DNA of 64,000 nucleotides from the NCBI RefSeq assembly GCF_036321535.1, contig NC_087437.1, positions 53,756,001 to 53,820,000 of the forward strand. Direction: 5' to 3'. This document shows, one piece after another, positions 1 through 12,014 of this stretch (its first letter is position 1; each line of letters starts with the position of its first letter). Under the pieces are notes generated by a model. It was given only the letters and a program-made list of their open reading frames with translations. It was not told the DNA's origin and made no database searches. The position numbers and the translations under genes are program-made. Source of the stretch: Camelus dromedarius (Eukaryota).

Positions 1-21
1 CTAATTCTCTGTAGGACTCCC

Positions 22-478
22 TGTTACCAAATGCAAGTTCATGTGCCCAATGTACAGTGAGGCCAAACAAAATGAAATGTCAGAGTTTGGAGCAGAGAAA
101 GGTTTATTGAAGGGCTGAGCAAGGAGGAATGAGTGGCTCACACCCTAAAAATCCTGAACTCCCCACAGGGTTCCAGCAAAGCATTTTTAAAGGCCGGGTG
201 AGGGAGGGGGGTCACAGGGTATGTGATCAGCTTGTGCACAATTCTCTGATTGGTTGATGGTGAGTAGCAGGGCAGTTAATATATCAACCTTAGGTGCCTG
301 TAGTTCTGGGGGCTCATGATCATTAAGCAGTTAATTTCTTCCATTTGGTGGTGGTTTTAGTATCTGTAGAACAACTCAGGAAGTGTACATCGGACACTAT
401 TATCTGTGTGCTTCAGAGAGGAGCTACAGCAGAGGGTATGGGGGAGAAATCTGTCTCCACAGGTCCTGCTCTATTACA
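22..478 (-). mobile_element. Solo LTR, ERV1-like
   Basis: TG...CA termini (tgttacc...ttaca), exact 4-bp TSD tccc at 18-21 and 479-482, minus-strand AATAAA at 103-108. Confidence 0.8.
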
Positions 479-619
479 TCCCAGTTAAGAAATTTCCTTT
501 GGAATCCTCTTTGGTTTTGCATGGGTACTGCCACATGCATCAGGGAAATGAAATCCACCTGTTGGATGCCTATTTTGTGACAGAGCCTTGTGAGGGTGGG
601 TGGCAGGGTGGTTGTGATA

Positions 620-800
620 TAGAAAGCTCATTGGCCTGGGAGCCAGGAAACCTGGGTTTCAGCCCTGGTTTAGCCAGTATCTAGGCATCTTGGCTGCTGA
701 CATTGAGTGACCCAGTCTTTCCCCTCCCCTGCATCTCAGTTTCCTCATTTGTAAAGCAAAGAGGTAAGGTGATCTAAAGGGTCCCTGCTGATTCTGATGT
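620..800 (+). mobile_element. MIR SINE fragment
   Basis: ggagccaggaaacctgggtttc...ctcagtttcctcatttgtaaa core. Confidence 0.6.
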
Positions 801-2394
801 TACTCAAAAACTGCTGCTTAGCCTTATTTTGTCCTCAGGCATTTGGTATAGTGCCCTGACCCTGACCCCTCTAACAGGTCATCTAGTTGTTACACCAAGA
901 TTTCAGTCTGCCTAGGTCAGCTTGGAGTCTGACCCTCTTATCTGAATGTCCGTGACATCTTCCTTTCCTTTCCTTTCTGGAAACAAATTATTATACATCT
1001 TGCTCTGACTCAAACTCTCTCTAATATGGATTTGGGCGTTGGATGTGCAAACTCAGACCAAGGGAGTAGTTTAAAGGAAGGATTCTGTTGTCTGGGATCC
1101 TACTGGCAGGCTGGGCCACAAGTGAGCATTTAGTCGGCATGGATTAAATAAGCAGGATAGTCTCAGGAGATGGGTACAATGGATTAATGTCGCAGGATAG
1201 ACAGCTCAAGGGGAAATGAGAGTCCTCACTTTCAAAATGGGTCAGCATCTTCCAAGACCTTGGGCCTGGACTGCATCTACCCTGGGCCCTTTGGGTCCCC
1301 AGGGCTGGCTTTCATTGGTGTTGGCCTGTTGGCATGTTACTTTGCAGAGGTCTCCACTGGGACTGAGGATGTTGGAGGGGGAGCTATGTTCCCACCCACA
1401 CTGATCCGTCGTCATTCTGCATGCTTGCCCTGGGAAGTGTCCAGGCTCAACACATCTTCCCCTTGTCATAACATCGTCTTGTCCCCATCCCTCAGAGGGG
1501 CCTCCCTTGTCATCTGCCTGAATATTGAGAGTCCTGCCTCTTTTGCCTGTGATCAGAAGTTCATTGCTGGGAACTGAGCCTGTGTTTTTGCATACAAAAA
1601 ACATTTCCTTATCTTCTTGAAAAAAAGCCAACACATACCAGACACAGGAGGCGATCACAAAGGCCCTGTTAGTCTCCTTCCCTCAAGTTCAGAAAATGCC
1701 ATGGCTTCCTTTCTGGAGACAGCACTGATGCCAGCAGGTCATAAAAGGCCCAGGAACCTGAAAACCATTACTGTCTTTGGATTTTGGTCCCTGCCCTGTT
1801 TCCTCTCTACTGTCTACTAATTCATCCTCAAATGTTGACAGAAGTTTGAGTCTCCTTAAATTAGTCTCCTTATCTTTAGGCTCTTCTTCCTCAGTTTACT
1901 CTCTGCCCTAAAGCCTGATTTGAAAGGGAAAGCTGATCATGTCTCTCTCTGGTCCAAAACCCTCAAACGTTTCCCCATTCCCAAAACCACGCTGAGCATC
2001 CCAGGCCAACACTTCCTGATGGTATTCTTTTTTCCCCAATTTATCTGGCAATCTAGGGCACCAAGTCACTCAGTTTCCCCCAAACACTCACTGCCCTTTC
2101 ATATCCCTGCTTTCGCATTTGCTGTTGCCTGTACCTGCGTTGCTTTTCCCTTCCACTGACCACTGCGAAATAAAAGAGCACCATTCTCTCCAGGAAGACC
2201 CCGATGCTGAAATGTCTTGGCGGTGGTGTAGCTGCTGAGTCACAGAAAAGTTCTGGACTAGGGCTGGGGCAGCAGGGCGTCTGCCTCTCCTTTGCCTCTC
2301 ACCGGACGCAGGACCTAAGTCAAAAGACTCAAGCTTGGGAAGTAAAGCCTCCCAACATTCTTACAGGATCACACACTGGCAGGATAGCCTGGAA

Positions 2395-2590
2395 ACGTGG
2401 ATCTCAAACTGGGTGCACATTAGAATCACCTGGAGAACTTTTGACTAACCCCCACCTCACCTCAATCCTGAGATGCTCAGCCTTACTCCAGACTGATTAT
2501 ATTTGAATCTCTGCAGGGTGTAACTCTGGCATCAGTATTTCTTTATGGTATTAAAAAAAACTTTAAACCAGCCTAGTTTGAGAACCACTG
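2395..2590. mobile_element. MER5-type hAT-Charlie relic
   Basis: ctcaaactgggtgcacattagaatcacctggag...gtttgagaaccactg. Confidence 0.65.
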
Positions 2591-2957
2591 GTATAGATGC
2601 GCTGGAGTAAGAGCTTGGGTTCCAGAGTCCATCAGAACTGGTTTCAAATCCCAGTTCCCCTATTTCCTAGCTCTAAGATTCTAGGTCACATTTTTTTTTA
2701 ATATAAACTTTTAATTTTAGAATAGCGTTGGATTTGCAGAATAGTTGTAAGGATGATGGGCAAAGTTCCCATATACCAGTCACCAGTTCCCCTGTTATTA
2801 ACATCTCACATTAGTACAGTACCTTTGTCACAATTAATAAACCAATACTGATATGTTATTTTTGACTAAAGTCCATACTGTATTCAGATTTCCTTAGCTT
2901 TTACCTAATGTCTTTCTTCTGTCCCAGGATGTCATATAAGGATGTCTCCTTAGGCTC

Positions 2958-3894
2958 TGTACTTGTGTCCCAGGACTGCCATAACTCAGCACCTCAAACT
3001 GGGTGGCTTAAAACAACAGACATGTATTGCCTCACATTTTTGGAGGCTAGAGGTCTGAAATCAAAGTGTTGGCAGGGCTATGCTCCCTCTGAAACCTTCC
3101 TGAGAGAATCCTTCCTGGCCTTTCCTCACTTCTGGGAGTTTGCTGGAAATCCTTGGCATTCCTTGGCTCCAGCTGTGGGATTTCAAGCTCAGCCTCCATT
3201 GTCACATGGTGTTCTCCCCTCATGTGTTTGTGTCTCCGTGTTTCATCTTCTCTCTCTCTTTTTTAGTGAAGTATAGTTGATTTACAATGTTGTGTTAGTT
3301 TCAGGTGTATAGCAAAGTGACTCAGTTATATATAGTCTATATGTTTTCAGATTATTTTCTGTTATAGTTTATTACAAGATGTTGAATATAGTCCCCTGTG
3401 TTATACAGTAAATCCTTGTTGCTTATCTACTTTATGTACAGTAATGTGTGTCTGTTATTCCTGTACTCCTAATTTATCCGTCCTCCCTGCTCCCCTTTGG
3501 TAACCATAAGTTTGTTTTCTATGTCTATGGGCCTATTTCTGTTTTGTATATAGATTCTTTTACACTATTTTTTAGATAATTTGTATAAGTGATAACATAT
3601 AATATATCTGTCTTTCTCTGTTCACTTACTTCACTTAGCATGATATTCTCTAGGTCCATCCATGTTGTTGCAAATGGCATTTCATTCCTTTTTATGGCTG
3701 AGTAATATTCCTCATCTCCTCATCTTATAAGGACACCAGTCATATTGGATTAAGGGCCCACCCTACTCCAGTATAACCTTGTCTTAATTAATTACATCTG
3801 CAAGTGCCCTATTTCCAAATAAGGTCTCATTTGGAGGTCCTGAAGGTTAGGGTTTCTACACATCTTTTTGGGGGATACAATTCAACCCGTTACA
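2958..3894 (-). mobile_element. MLT1-type (ERVL-MaLR) LTR, interrupted by an L1 fragment
   Basis: tgt...aca termini, exact 5-bp TSD ggctc (2953-2957 and 3895-3899), hallmark aaactgggtggcttaaaacaacaga and ataaggacaccagtcatattggatt. Confidence 0.85.
3253..3711 (-). mobile_element. 5'-truncated L1 3' end inserted in the MLT1 LTR
   Basis: gtatagttgatttacaatgttgtgttagtttcagg...tctaggtccatccatgttgttgcaaatggc; approximate TSD tcatcttctc / tcatctcctc. Confidence 0.85.
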
Positions 3895-4639
3895 GGCTCC
3901 TCTTAGCTGAGATAGTTTCTCAGACTTCCCTTGTTATTGATGATCTCAACAGCTCTGAGGAGTATTGGTTAAGTATTTTGTAGAATATTCCTCATGATTA
4001 GAGTGGGATTATGAGATCTGGGGAGGAAGAACACAGAGTTACTGTGACATTTTCATCATAGCATATCAAAGTCACAAACTATCAGTGTGACTTTTCACAG
4101 TTGATATTAACTGTGATCACCTGGCTGAGGCAGTGTTTTGTCAGGTTCTTCCTCCCCCGCCCTGGCCCCATTTTATTGTACTCTTTGGGAAGAGGTCACT
4201 ATTATGCAGCCCACACTTAAGGGATGGGGAGTTATGTTCCATCTCCTTTATAGCAAAGTATTTACATAAATTACTTTCTATTCTCCCCCCATTTATTTAT
4301 TCATTTATTCATATAAGTATATATTTATGGGTATTTATTTTATACAATGGGCTATACTCCAATACTATTTTATTTGTTTTACTGCTCAAATTGTACCATT
4401 TGAGCTTTCGTCATTTGAGCACCTCCAGTTGGTTCCTGTGTCCCTTTGAGATATCCATATCATTGTGTGACTTCCTTCATTTCTGGTATAAGATGCTTGT
4501 ATATTTCCTGCCCTCACCCTAGAATCAGCCATGTCTGAAAGAAGTCCTTGTTTCTTTTATTGGAGAAGTGTTAGAAACCAAAATCTGGACAGTAGATGTG
4601 CTCATTGCCACTGGGCTGTTGCTGTGCCTAGGTGGGGCC

Positions 4640-4795
4640 ACAGTTTTAACCTCATTGTATTTCAGTTTGCTTACCTTTAAAATGGGGATAATAATAGTAC
4701 TTTTGTTACAGGTTATTGTGAGGACTAAATTAGAGAATTGTGTCAGTGCTTAGTGTGGTCTCAATCATAGTAAATACTCAAAAATGTTAGTGACT
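4640..4795 (+). mobile_element. MIR SINE, 3' half
   Basis: aaaatggggataataatagtac...ggttattgtgaggactaaat...tagtaaatactcaaaaatgttag. Confidence 0.7.
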
Positions 4796-7700
4796 ATTTC
4801 CCATAGAACTTTTAATATTTGTGCTAATTTTGTTTCCAAAGTTCTTTCTTATATGCTAATTCACCTGATTCAACAATCCTCAAACAGGGATAGGACAAAG
4901 ATTTTTCTGCCAGTTTATAGATGGAGAAATTAAAAGAGTCAACCTATGCTTGCATTAGAACCTAAGTCTCTTGATTTCAAGACCCATTCTAGATCCAGAT
5001 TGGCCATTCTGTGTGCTGCATGATGGGTATATATTTTCCTTCCATGATTCTTGCCTACCCTTATTTGAAGGACTTCTTGGTGGTGCTGATTCTTTAATTC
5101 CTGCCACCAGGGAATAAGATTAACTCATGGCAGAAGGAAAGTATATACCCCAATTTAGAACAGGCCACTCATAGACATGGTGCCCTATTTTCTGAACCAA
5201 ACAATTGAACACACGATCAAAAAAATATTTTTTCCATTTGGAGCATGGGTGATGATCAAGAAAAGTAATTTGGATATTGAAAGATTGGCACCCCGGGATA
5301 TTCTCATAATTTACTGAAACAATAGGATAAAGTATTTAATCAGAACTGACCTGAGAAGCCTAAGAAGTGCTTTTGTATCGGGCATTTGATCTTCCCATCA
5401 TAATCTCTTTCTTTCTTCATGGTACAGTGATCCTATTTGGATACAGAGAAATGTGGATAAATGAAAACACAACTCACCAGAACCACCAGTGCACGAAAAG
5501 CCTACAAGCCAAACAGGGTGCTTTGACTCAATGCAGATGTTTATTGGAACAAATGTGTAGTTACAGCTACACATGTTGTAGAACAATAGCTTCTATTTCT
5601 AATGAAATTGGGCATGATCATTATTGCTAGTAACAACATTCATGGTGTGGAATCATAGCTTTAGATGTACAAACTAAATATATTCTAGGGATTTGGGTTG
5701 CATAGAGATCTTTCCAAAAGACAGCACATCTTGAAGTTGAAATTGGCTATATTTGGAGGTAGTGAGTTTCTTGTCTCTAGAAATGTTCAAGAACAAGGTC
5801 ACAATATGGTCCTAACACAAACTTCAACCCTCTGCTTCTATGACTCTAAGAAATTTGGGTTTCTTGGACCTCAGCAGCAGTGCAGGGGCAGTATATCTAA
5901 CATGCTTGTAGATGAAGGGTGAGGTGAAGTTCCACAGCATGTCTATATATCCCTCAGAAGAAGGATGAAGTTGCAGTTGGGGGAATGAACAGGATAAGCT
6001 GGGTCCAGCCAGAAGTCAGTATTTGTACACAAATTCTGAGGTTGCTTCAAGTCCCATAGTTGTCTGACTTTAAGGAGGAAAGTTCTTCTAGATGTTGGTT
6101 CTAATCCCAGAATCCGACTGGGTATGTTATTTTTGGGAGAGAAGCTAGTGTAAAAGCCTGAGTGGACATGTACTCTTGTCCTGGAAGGCCTCCCTCTGGA
6201 AGGCCTCCCTCTGTCTTACCTGTGGAAATTCCCACCCTCCTCAAGGCTCAGCTCCAACACCATCTCCTCTGGGACACCCTCCTGGTGCCCTCTCCTCCAA
6301 TGGCTCCATACTGTAATGGCCTTTCTTCTACCTCCATGCTGCTCCAACACATCGCACTTGACAGAGTTCATTCTTTTCATGGTATTCACCTGTGTGTGTC
6401 AGTTCTTCCTGTAGGAGCTCCTGGAAGGTGTGCATCATCTTGGTGGTCCCCATAGCAGTCAGCACAGCCTGGTAGATGGGGCAGTGAAATGGGAAGGCAT
6501 GGTGCTTGGAATGCATTAGGGCAATTCCAAAACTTTGCATTGCAATTCCTCTTTGGTGTCTGAAATAGAGCTCCAGTTTGCCTGACAAATGCCTGGTGCA
6601 GTTGAGAGCCATTGCCATCTTCCCTTTACAGAGTAAACAGCAGGGCACAGAGAGGTAGAATAACGTGCTCAGAGAATCAGAAGGCAGGCTGTGAATTGCT
6701 GTGCCTGAGTGTTCGGCCTGGGGCTTAGCATCCATAGGTCCTCACTCCTCAGTATCTTCTTTCAGTAAGAGACCCTGAATCAGTCCAACAGCTGCAGTAC
6801 AGGTCAAGAACTGAAATCCCCCATAAAGAGCACATTTGATAGAACAGAAGACAAGGACTTGGGGCTTCTGATCCCTTGAAGGGCTTAGATCTCAACACTC
6901 TGGAGGGGATGAGGTCCCTGGAAGCTTCCTGAGAGAGGAGGTGGCTCTTGGAGGGGAGAGGCATTCTGCTTGGGAAATACTTGGGACTCTGAAGGGCTGG
7001 GGTGTTTAGCATGAGGAACAGGGGTGAGGTACCAGGGGAATGGTGGCTTAGGGTCAGCTGCGGATATGCGGAGAGAGAGTACAGGGGTCTGAATCTAGCC
7101 TCCCAGGGCCTACCTTGTGCAGCTCAGTTTCCCAGGAAGAAAAGGAGGCTGGGGCCTTGAGCAGATGCTCTGCTTAGGAATAAGGAGAGGTGCCTTGGCT
7201 AGCGCTTTGCCTGGGCCACGTCCTTCGGCACCAGGGTGTGGTGCGCAGGGGTGGGCATTGCAGTCGCTGCAGTATGTGGTCTGCATTAAAGCTCTATTGA
7301 ACCTAAGGCAATTTTTGCCTTTTGGTTATTTTGGCTTTAACTCATCTCATCAGGGAGAAGTGGCTCATTGGTTCCTAGGTTGTCATAGCTGGGAGGGTCC
7401 TTTGGGAAGAGGGGAAAGGCTTTGCATAGAGTCACAGGGAGCTGGGGCCAGAATTGGTTCTAGAATCTGCTGTCTGACTTCCCAATTCACCATTCCTAGT
7501 CTCCCCAGTCCCTGCCCCTGCTACTCTCAGACACTCTCATAGTTGGTGTCTAGATCAAAGTCATAAATGCATCACTACAGGACATTCCATAGACTAAGAA
7601 CCTTGTATCTTTTACCTTTTCATTGGGAGGGGGGTTGGGGTGGCCAAAAGGCATGGTAGCAAAGAAGCATAGAGCATATGGGGGCAGATGAAGGAAATGG

Positions 7701-7804
7701 TGAAGGTTGAGAAGCGTACACACTGATTAGCCCTAAGACCCAGCCAGAGTTTGTAAGAGAAATTAATGTGCCTGGTGGATGTGCTGGCCTTCTGCTAAGT
7801 CACG

Positions 7805-7840
7805 TTTATTTGTTTAAATTTTTTTAAAGTCATGTTTATT
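7805..7840 (-). terminator. Two tandem AATAAA signals, candidate MASP-1 poly(A) site
   Basis: tttatt at 7805-7810 and 7835-7840, about 370-400 nt after the MASP-1 stop. Confidence 0.6.
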
Positions 7841-8040
7841 GAGCACTTAGTTTACGCCTGCACTGTGCTAAATGCTATGTATATATTCATTTGATCCTCA
7901 TCAAACTTTCATGAGGTAGGTAAGGTATGCCATTTCCGTAATATGGACGAAGAAACTGACTGTCAAAGAGGTGAAGTCACCTGCCCAGTGTTGCAAAGCC
8001 AGTGAATGATACAACCTGGATTCTGACCACTCTGCGACTC
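7830..8040 (-). mobile_element. MIR SINE in the MASP-1 3' UTR, same sense as the gene
   Basis: Reverse complement of MIR: tttattgagcactta...cactgtgctaaatgct...gaaactga...gaggtgaagtcacctgccca. Confidence 0.75.
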
Positions 8041-8205
8041 TGCTTCTTTAAAGAGAGTGAGAAGGGGGCTGAGACGCCCCCTTCAGTGGCCAGCAATAGA
8101 TGGGCTGAATGAGGTGGGTGTAGGTCGAGGAGGGTCTTGCATCAGATAATTATCCTCTGTTGCTGACTGACCACGGACAGGTGAGGTGGGGAAGAAGGAC
8201 TGGAT

Positions 8206-8396
8206 TCAACTCTTCATCCTGGTGACCCTCTGGATCCAGTCCTTGTTGTGGAAGATGTAGGAATACACTCCGTAGCGGTCCTTCTTTCCACAGTCCACGC
8301 CCCAGGACACCGTGCCCACCAGGTACCACTGGCCTCTCTCTATATCCAGGGTTACCATGGGGCCTCCAGAGTCACCCGAACAGGCGTCCATCCCCC
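8206..8396 (-). CDS. MASP1: MASP1 exon 18: MASP-1 protease C-terminus with catalytic Ser
   Basis: cctctag|GGGGGATGGAC; 191 nt to [66 protein letters not shown]. Confidence 0.97.
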
Positions 8397-8844
8397 CTAG
8401 AGGAAGAAGAGATGCAGATTAAATTGTCTCCTTCCCTAGCCCCAAATCCAGAGGAGCTTTTCTCCTCACAACTGACTTGTAGTTCAGAGAATTGGGCACC
8501 AGGGGGCGGAGCAGACCATTTGACACAAACTTGGGCTCTGAGCTGTTGAAGGTCAGGCCTCCTCATTTTAGAAAGCGCAGGTGCAGGCCTCTTTAATTTC
8601 ACAGGGAAAAAGTTGGGCTGGGAGAAGGGAATTAGGGAAATTCCTTATTTAGCTCTCTTCCTTCTGATGCATTTTCTCCAGTGGAATCCTTCCTCTCCTG
8701 ACATCCTCCCCGTCCTCTGCCTTGCTCCTCTCATGCCTCAGCTGCTCAGCCTACCAGCCTCAAGGTCTTCAGCCCTTCCATCCCTGGGCTCTGCGCCCCT
8801 CCCTGGCTGGTAGTGCCCTGATGTATGCCAGCCTCTTGACTTAC

Positions 8845-8944
8845 CTTCCTTCTCCCCTGCACAGATCATATCTCTGGTCACATTCTTCTTCAGTGGGGCA
8901 TAGGCCTCCTGGCAGGTGCGGTGGTCAACAATTGGGATTTCGAT
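8845..8944 (-). CDS. MASP1: MASP1 exon 17: MASP-1 protease
   Basis: gttccag|ATCGAAATC...AAGGAAG|gtaagt; 100 nt; IEIPIVDHRTCQEAYAPLKKNVTRDMICAGEKE. Confidence 0.96.
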
Positions 8945-9099
8945 CTGGAACATAAGGACACTGTTGGACCCCACTCTTGACTGAGGAACCCTGCTGTTCT
9001 GACACCAGTAGAGCTGACTCTTTCCCATCCCCCTTCCTGGATGAGCCTGGGTCTACCTTAGACCTGGTCTCAGAAACTGCCCTACAGTCCAGGTGAAAG

Positions 9100-9285
9100 A
9101 ACACTGAATGGAGAATCAGATCCATGTTCTGGTACAGTCTTAGTCATGCATTTGCTGTGTGACCTTGAGCATGTAATTTGCCCTCTCTGGACCTCAGTTT
9201 TTCTCATCTGTAAAATGGAGATAATAATACTTGCCTAACACATGCATTATTTCAAATATGGCAATGTACACAAACCCTCTGGGCA
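9100..9285 (+). mobile_element. MIR SINE
   Basis: gctgtgtgaccttgagc...cctcagtttttctcatctgtaaaatggagataataatac. Confidence 0.75.
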
Positions 9286-10579
9286 ATCTTCATTTCCCCA
9301 CCCCTCCCATTACTGGTTGTGGGACCTGGGGCATGTAATTAGTCACTGCTTTTCCAGACCTCTGAGACTGTTTCCTCATCTGAAAAATGGAAGTCAGAAC
9401 ATTTGACATACTAATCACATGGAGCTGTTGTACAAAGGGGAGATGAGGAGCAGATGCTCTATAAATGACAAGCACTGCATAACTGGTAGGTGGTGTAGGG
9501 CCAGCACGCACTGCATGCTAGCACACTGCAGCAAGCATTCACTTACGTTCTCCCCCACTAGAGTAGGAGCTTCCAGACACTGGCTGTATATACTGTCCCA
9601 GTATCTTATCTTACATGTCTTGCATAGCATGGAATATAGATGGTACTCAGGAAATATTATTTTGAATTGAGATGATAAATTGATACACAAAAGTAAAAAG
9701 TATTGTCATTATTATTGTCCTGGACTCAGCTTGGGAGTAAAAGTTGGAGTAGATGTCTGGAATAAAAAGAGGAAACATGAATCTCATTCAGTCAAACCAA
9801 GAACTGAATGGTTACATCCCCCAAAACCCCAACTCCTGCCGACCCTGGCTGGGAGGGGACAAGAGGCATTTAGGTCCCTCTGGGGCCTTGGCCTTCTCAG
9901 AAAAGTGGGGAGAGGAAGTCAGGGCAAGGAAAGGTCATGAACACATATTCTCAGCAAACTGTCGAGGGCCCGACTAACCTCTCTCCATCGCTCACGCATC
10001 ATTTAAATGTCGTTTCCTCTGGGAAGCCCTTCTGAACCCCTAGGGTGAGGTCAGAGTCCCTGCTGTACAGTCCGGAGCATCCTGCACTTCTTCATTCCAT
10101 CTATCACATCGATAACTGCTTTCTCTCTCTCCCACTTGACTGTAAGCCCAAGGAGGCCAGGGGCCAGATCTGTCCTTTTACCCCCCCCAGCACACCAAGT
10201 AACTAGCACAATGTCTGGTACATGCGAGGCACCAAATAAACACTGGGGAGTTAATGATTAAAAGGATAAATAGTTGTTGCAAATCCAAAATGTTAAAGTA
10301 TGTTAAAATAACATACGTTGAAGGATTTAGGAGCTAGCTGTGGCAGTCATAGAGCCTGGGAATGTCCGAGCCAGGCAGCTCTTAGAGGACATCTAGTGTT
10401 GCCTGTGACTTTGCAGCTTGAGATATTACACTGCAGTAGAGAGAGGCAAGATGACTTGTTTAAGATCACCCAGCAGGTTATTAGGAGCCAGGAATTGATG
10501 CCATGGCTCCTTACTCCTAGTTCAGTGTTCTTTTCTGAAATGACAAGAATGTAAACTTCCTCTTTTTTTTTTTTCAGTC

Positions 10580-10880
10580 ACTGAGAAAAATATATTCATA
10601 ATATATACACTGACGAAAGACTTATATCCAAAATAAAGAACCCCTACATCTCAATAGTAAGAAGACAAATCCCCCCCCCAAATATTTGAATAGTCACTTC
10701 ACTAAAGAAGATACATAAATGGCCAATAAGCATATGAAAATATGTTGAACGCTATTAGTCATTAGGGAAATGCAGAGTAAAGTTACAAGGAAATACTACT
10801 ACACACTACTAGAATGGTTAAAATTAAAAGGTCTGACGATACTAGGTGTAGACAAGCACATGGAGTAACTCATGCAGTTG
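10580..10880 (+). mobile_element. Old L1 fragment
   Basis: cacttcactaaagaagatacataaatggccaataagcatatgaaaa...agtcattagggaaatgca. Confidence 0.7.
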
Positions 10881-11338
10881 GCCCTTCATATTCAAGGGTT
10901 CTGCATCCATGGAGAATGTAAACTTCTAAATGCAAGAGTCAATTTCATTACTGCAAGGACTGTAGCTCTCAAAGCCCCTTCTTTGGCCCATCTTGGTTAC
11001 TCTGTTATGTCAGTCTTTGTGATGTATAGATGGATCACCTTTTGGGGTGTCCAAGCCTGCTATTTTCTGGAAGAATTTCCATGAATTGAGCCTTTAGTAT
11101 GCTACAGAAACATTGAAAAATGTTTATAGATCAGAGCCCCATGACATGTAGAGCAAACAGATCAGGCTTGTTGGGATTCAAAGTCCCACTTAACTTTAGA
11201 GGTGAGTCTGGGCCTCTAGTACCTCTCTTACCCCCTCCCTCTGCCCAAGCCTCCAAATTTCTCAGGGGTGCTATGGAGTGGGAAGGTCCAATGCAGGGCA
11301 GAGGTGTCACCCTCTGAAGGGGATAAATTGAACTTCAC

Positions 11339-11406
11339 CTCCATCAGGGTCTCCGGGAAACTCTGCAAGAACTGCTTCCCCCAGCCACTGACGATGACTA
11401 TGGTCC
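11339..11406 (-). CDS. MASP1: MASP1 exon 16: MASP-1 protease
   Basis: cctccag|GGACCATA...ATGGAG|gtgaag; 68 nt; GTIVIVSGWGKQFLQSFPETLME. Confidence 0.95.
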
Positions 11407-12014
11407 CTGGAGGAAAGAAGACACAGTGAGAACAGAGAGGCTGTCTGTGGGGTCTTCAGAGGGTGGCATCTTGCAGCCCCATCATCCTCTGCCTGTGGAG
11501 GAAGGGCTGAGTTTGCCCCCTCAGAGAAAGGCAGCATGGTGGGGAGGAAGAATGCTGGGTTGGAGGTTACCTGCCACAGAGGTTTAGGCATTGGTTTCTA
11601 AGAGATGTTAGCTGGTTTGTCTCATTGTCTGTTCTCTCCCACTCCCAACTAGCTTGGAACCTAGGCCCCACGAGAGCAGTAATCCTACCTATCTTATTCA
11701 GGGCTGTATCCCCATGCCTGCACAGTGCTGGCACATAGTAGGTGCTCAATCAATGATTGTGAATAAATAAAAATTCCAGCCTAGTCCACAATAGGATATG
11801 CTGCCATTAGCCCTCACCCCCTCTCCCTTCCTGAACCTCAGTTTCCCCATCCATAAAGTGAAGAGGCTGGATTTGGTATTCTCCCAAACCCCTCCCAGCT
11901 ATAATAGCCTAGAAGTCTATAAAGTTGGCAGATCTCGAGGGACTGTGGAAATGGTTGAGCACTGATAGAGCACTTATTTCTTCGTTTGAAAAAGAGCCCA
12001 GATACTGAACACAG

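Larger units (their letters stand above)
2690..4630 (-). mobile_element. Old L1 (L1M-type) 3' region, split by nested insertions
   Basis: T-rich start; the host sequence gtctccttaggctc|ctcttagctgagatagtttctcagact is continuous across the MLT1 insertion. Confidence 0.65.

Noticed and set aside
5249..5355. GTGATGA...CTGA pair resembling a C/D box snoRNA
   Set aside because: No convincing terminal stem, no recognisable rRNA guide and no evident host intron
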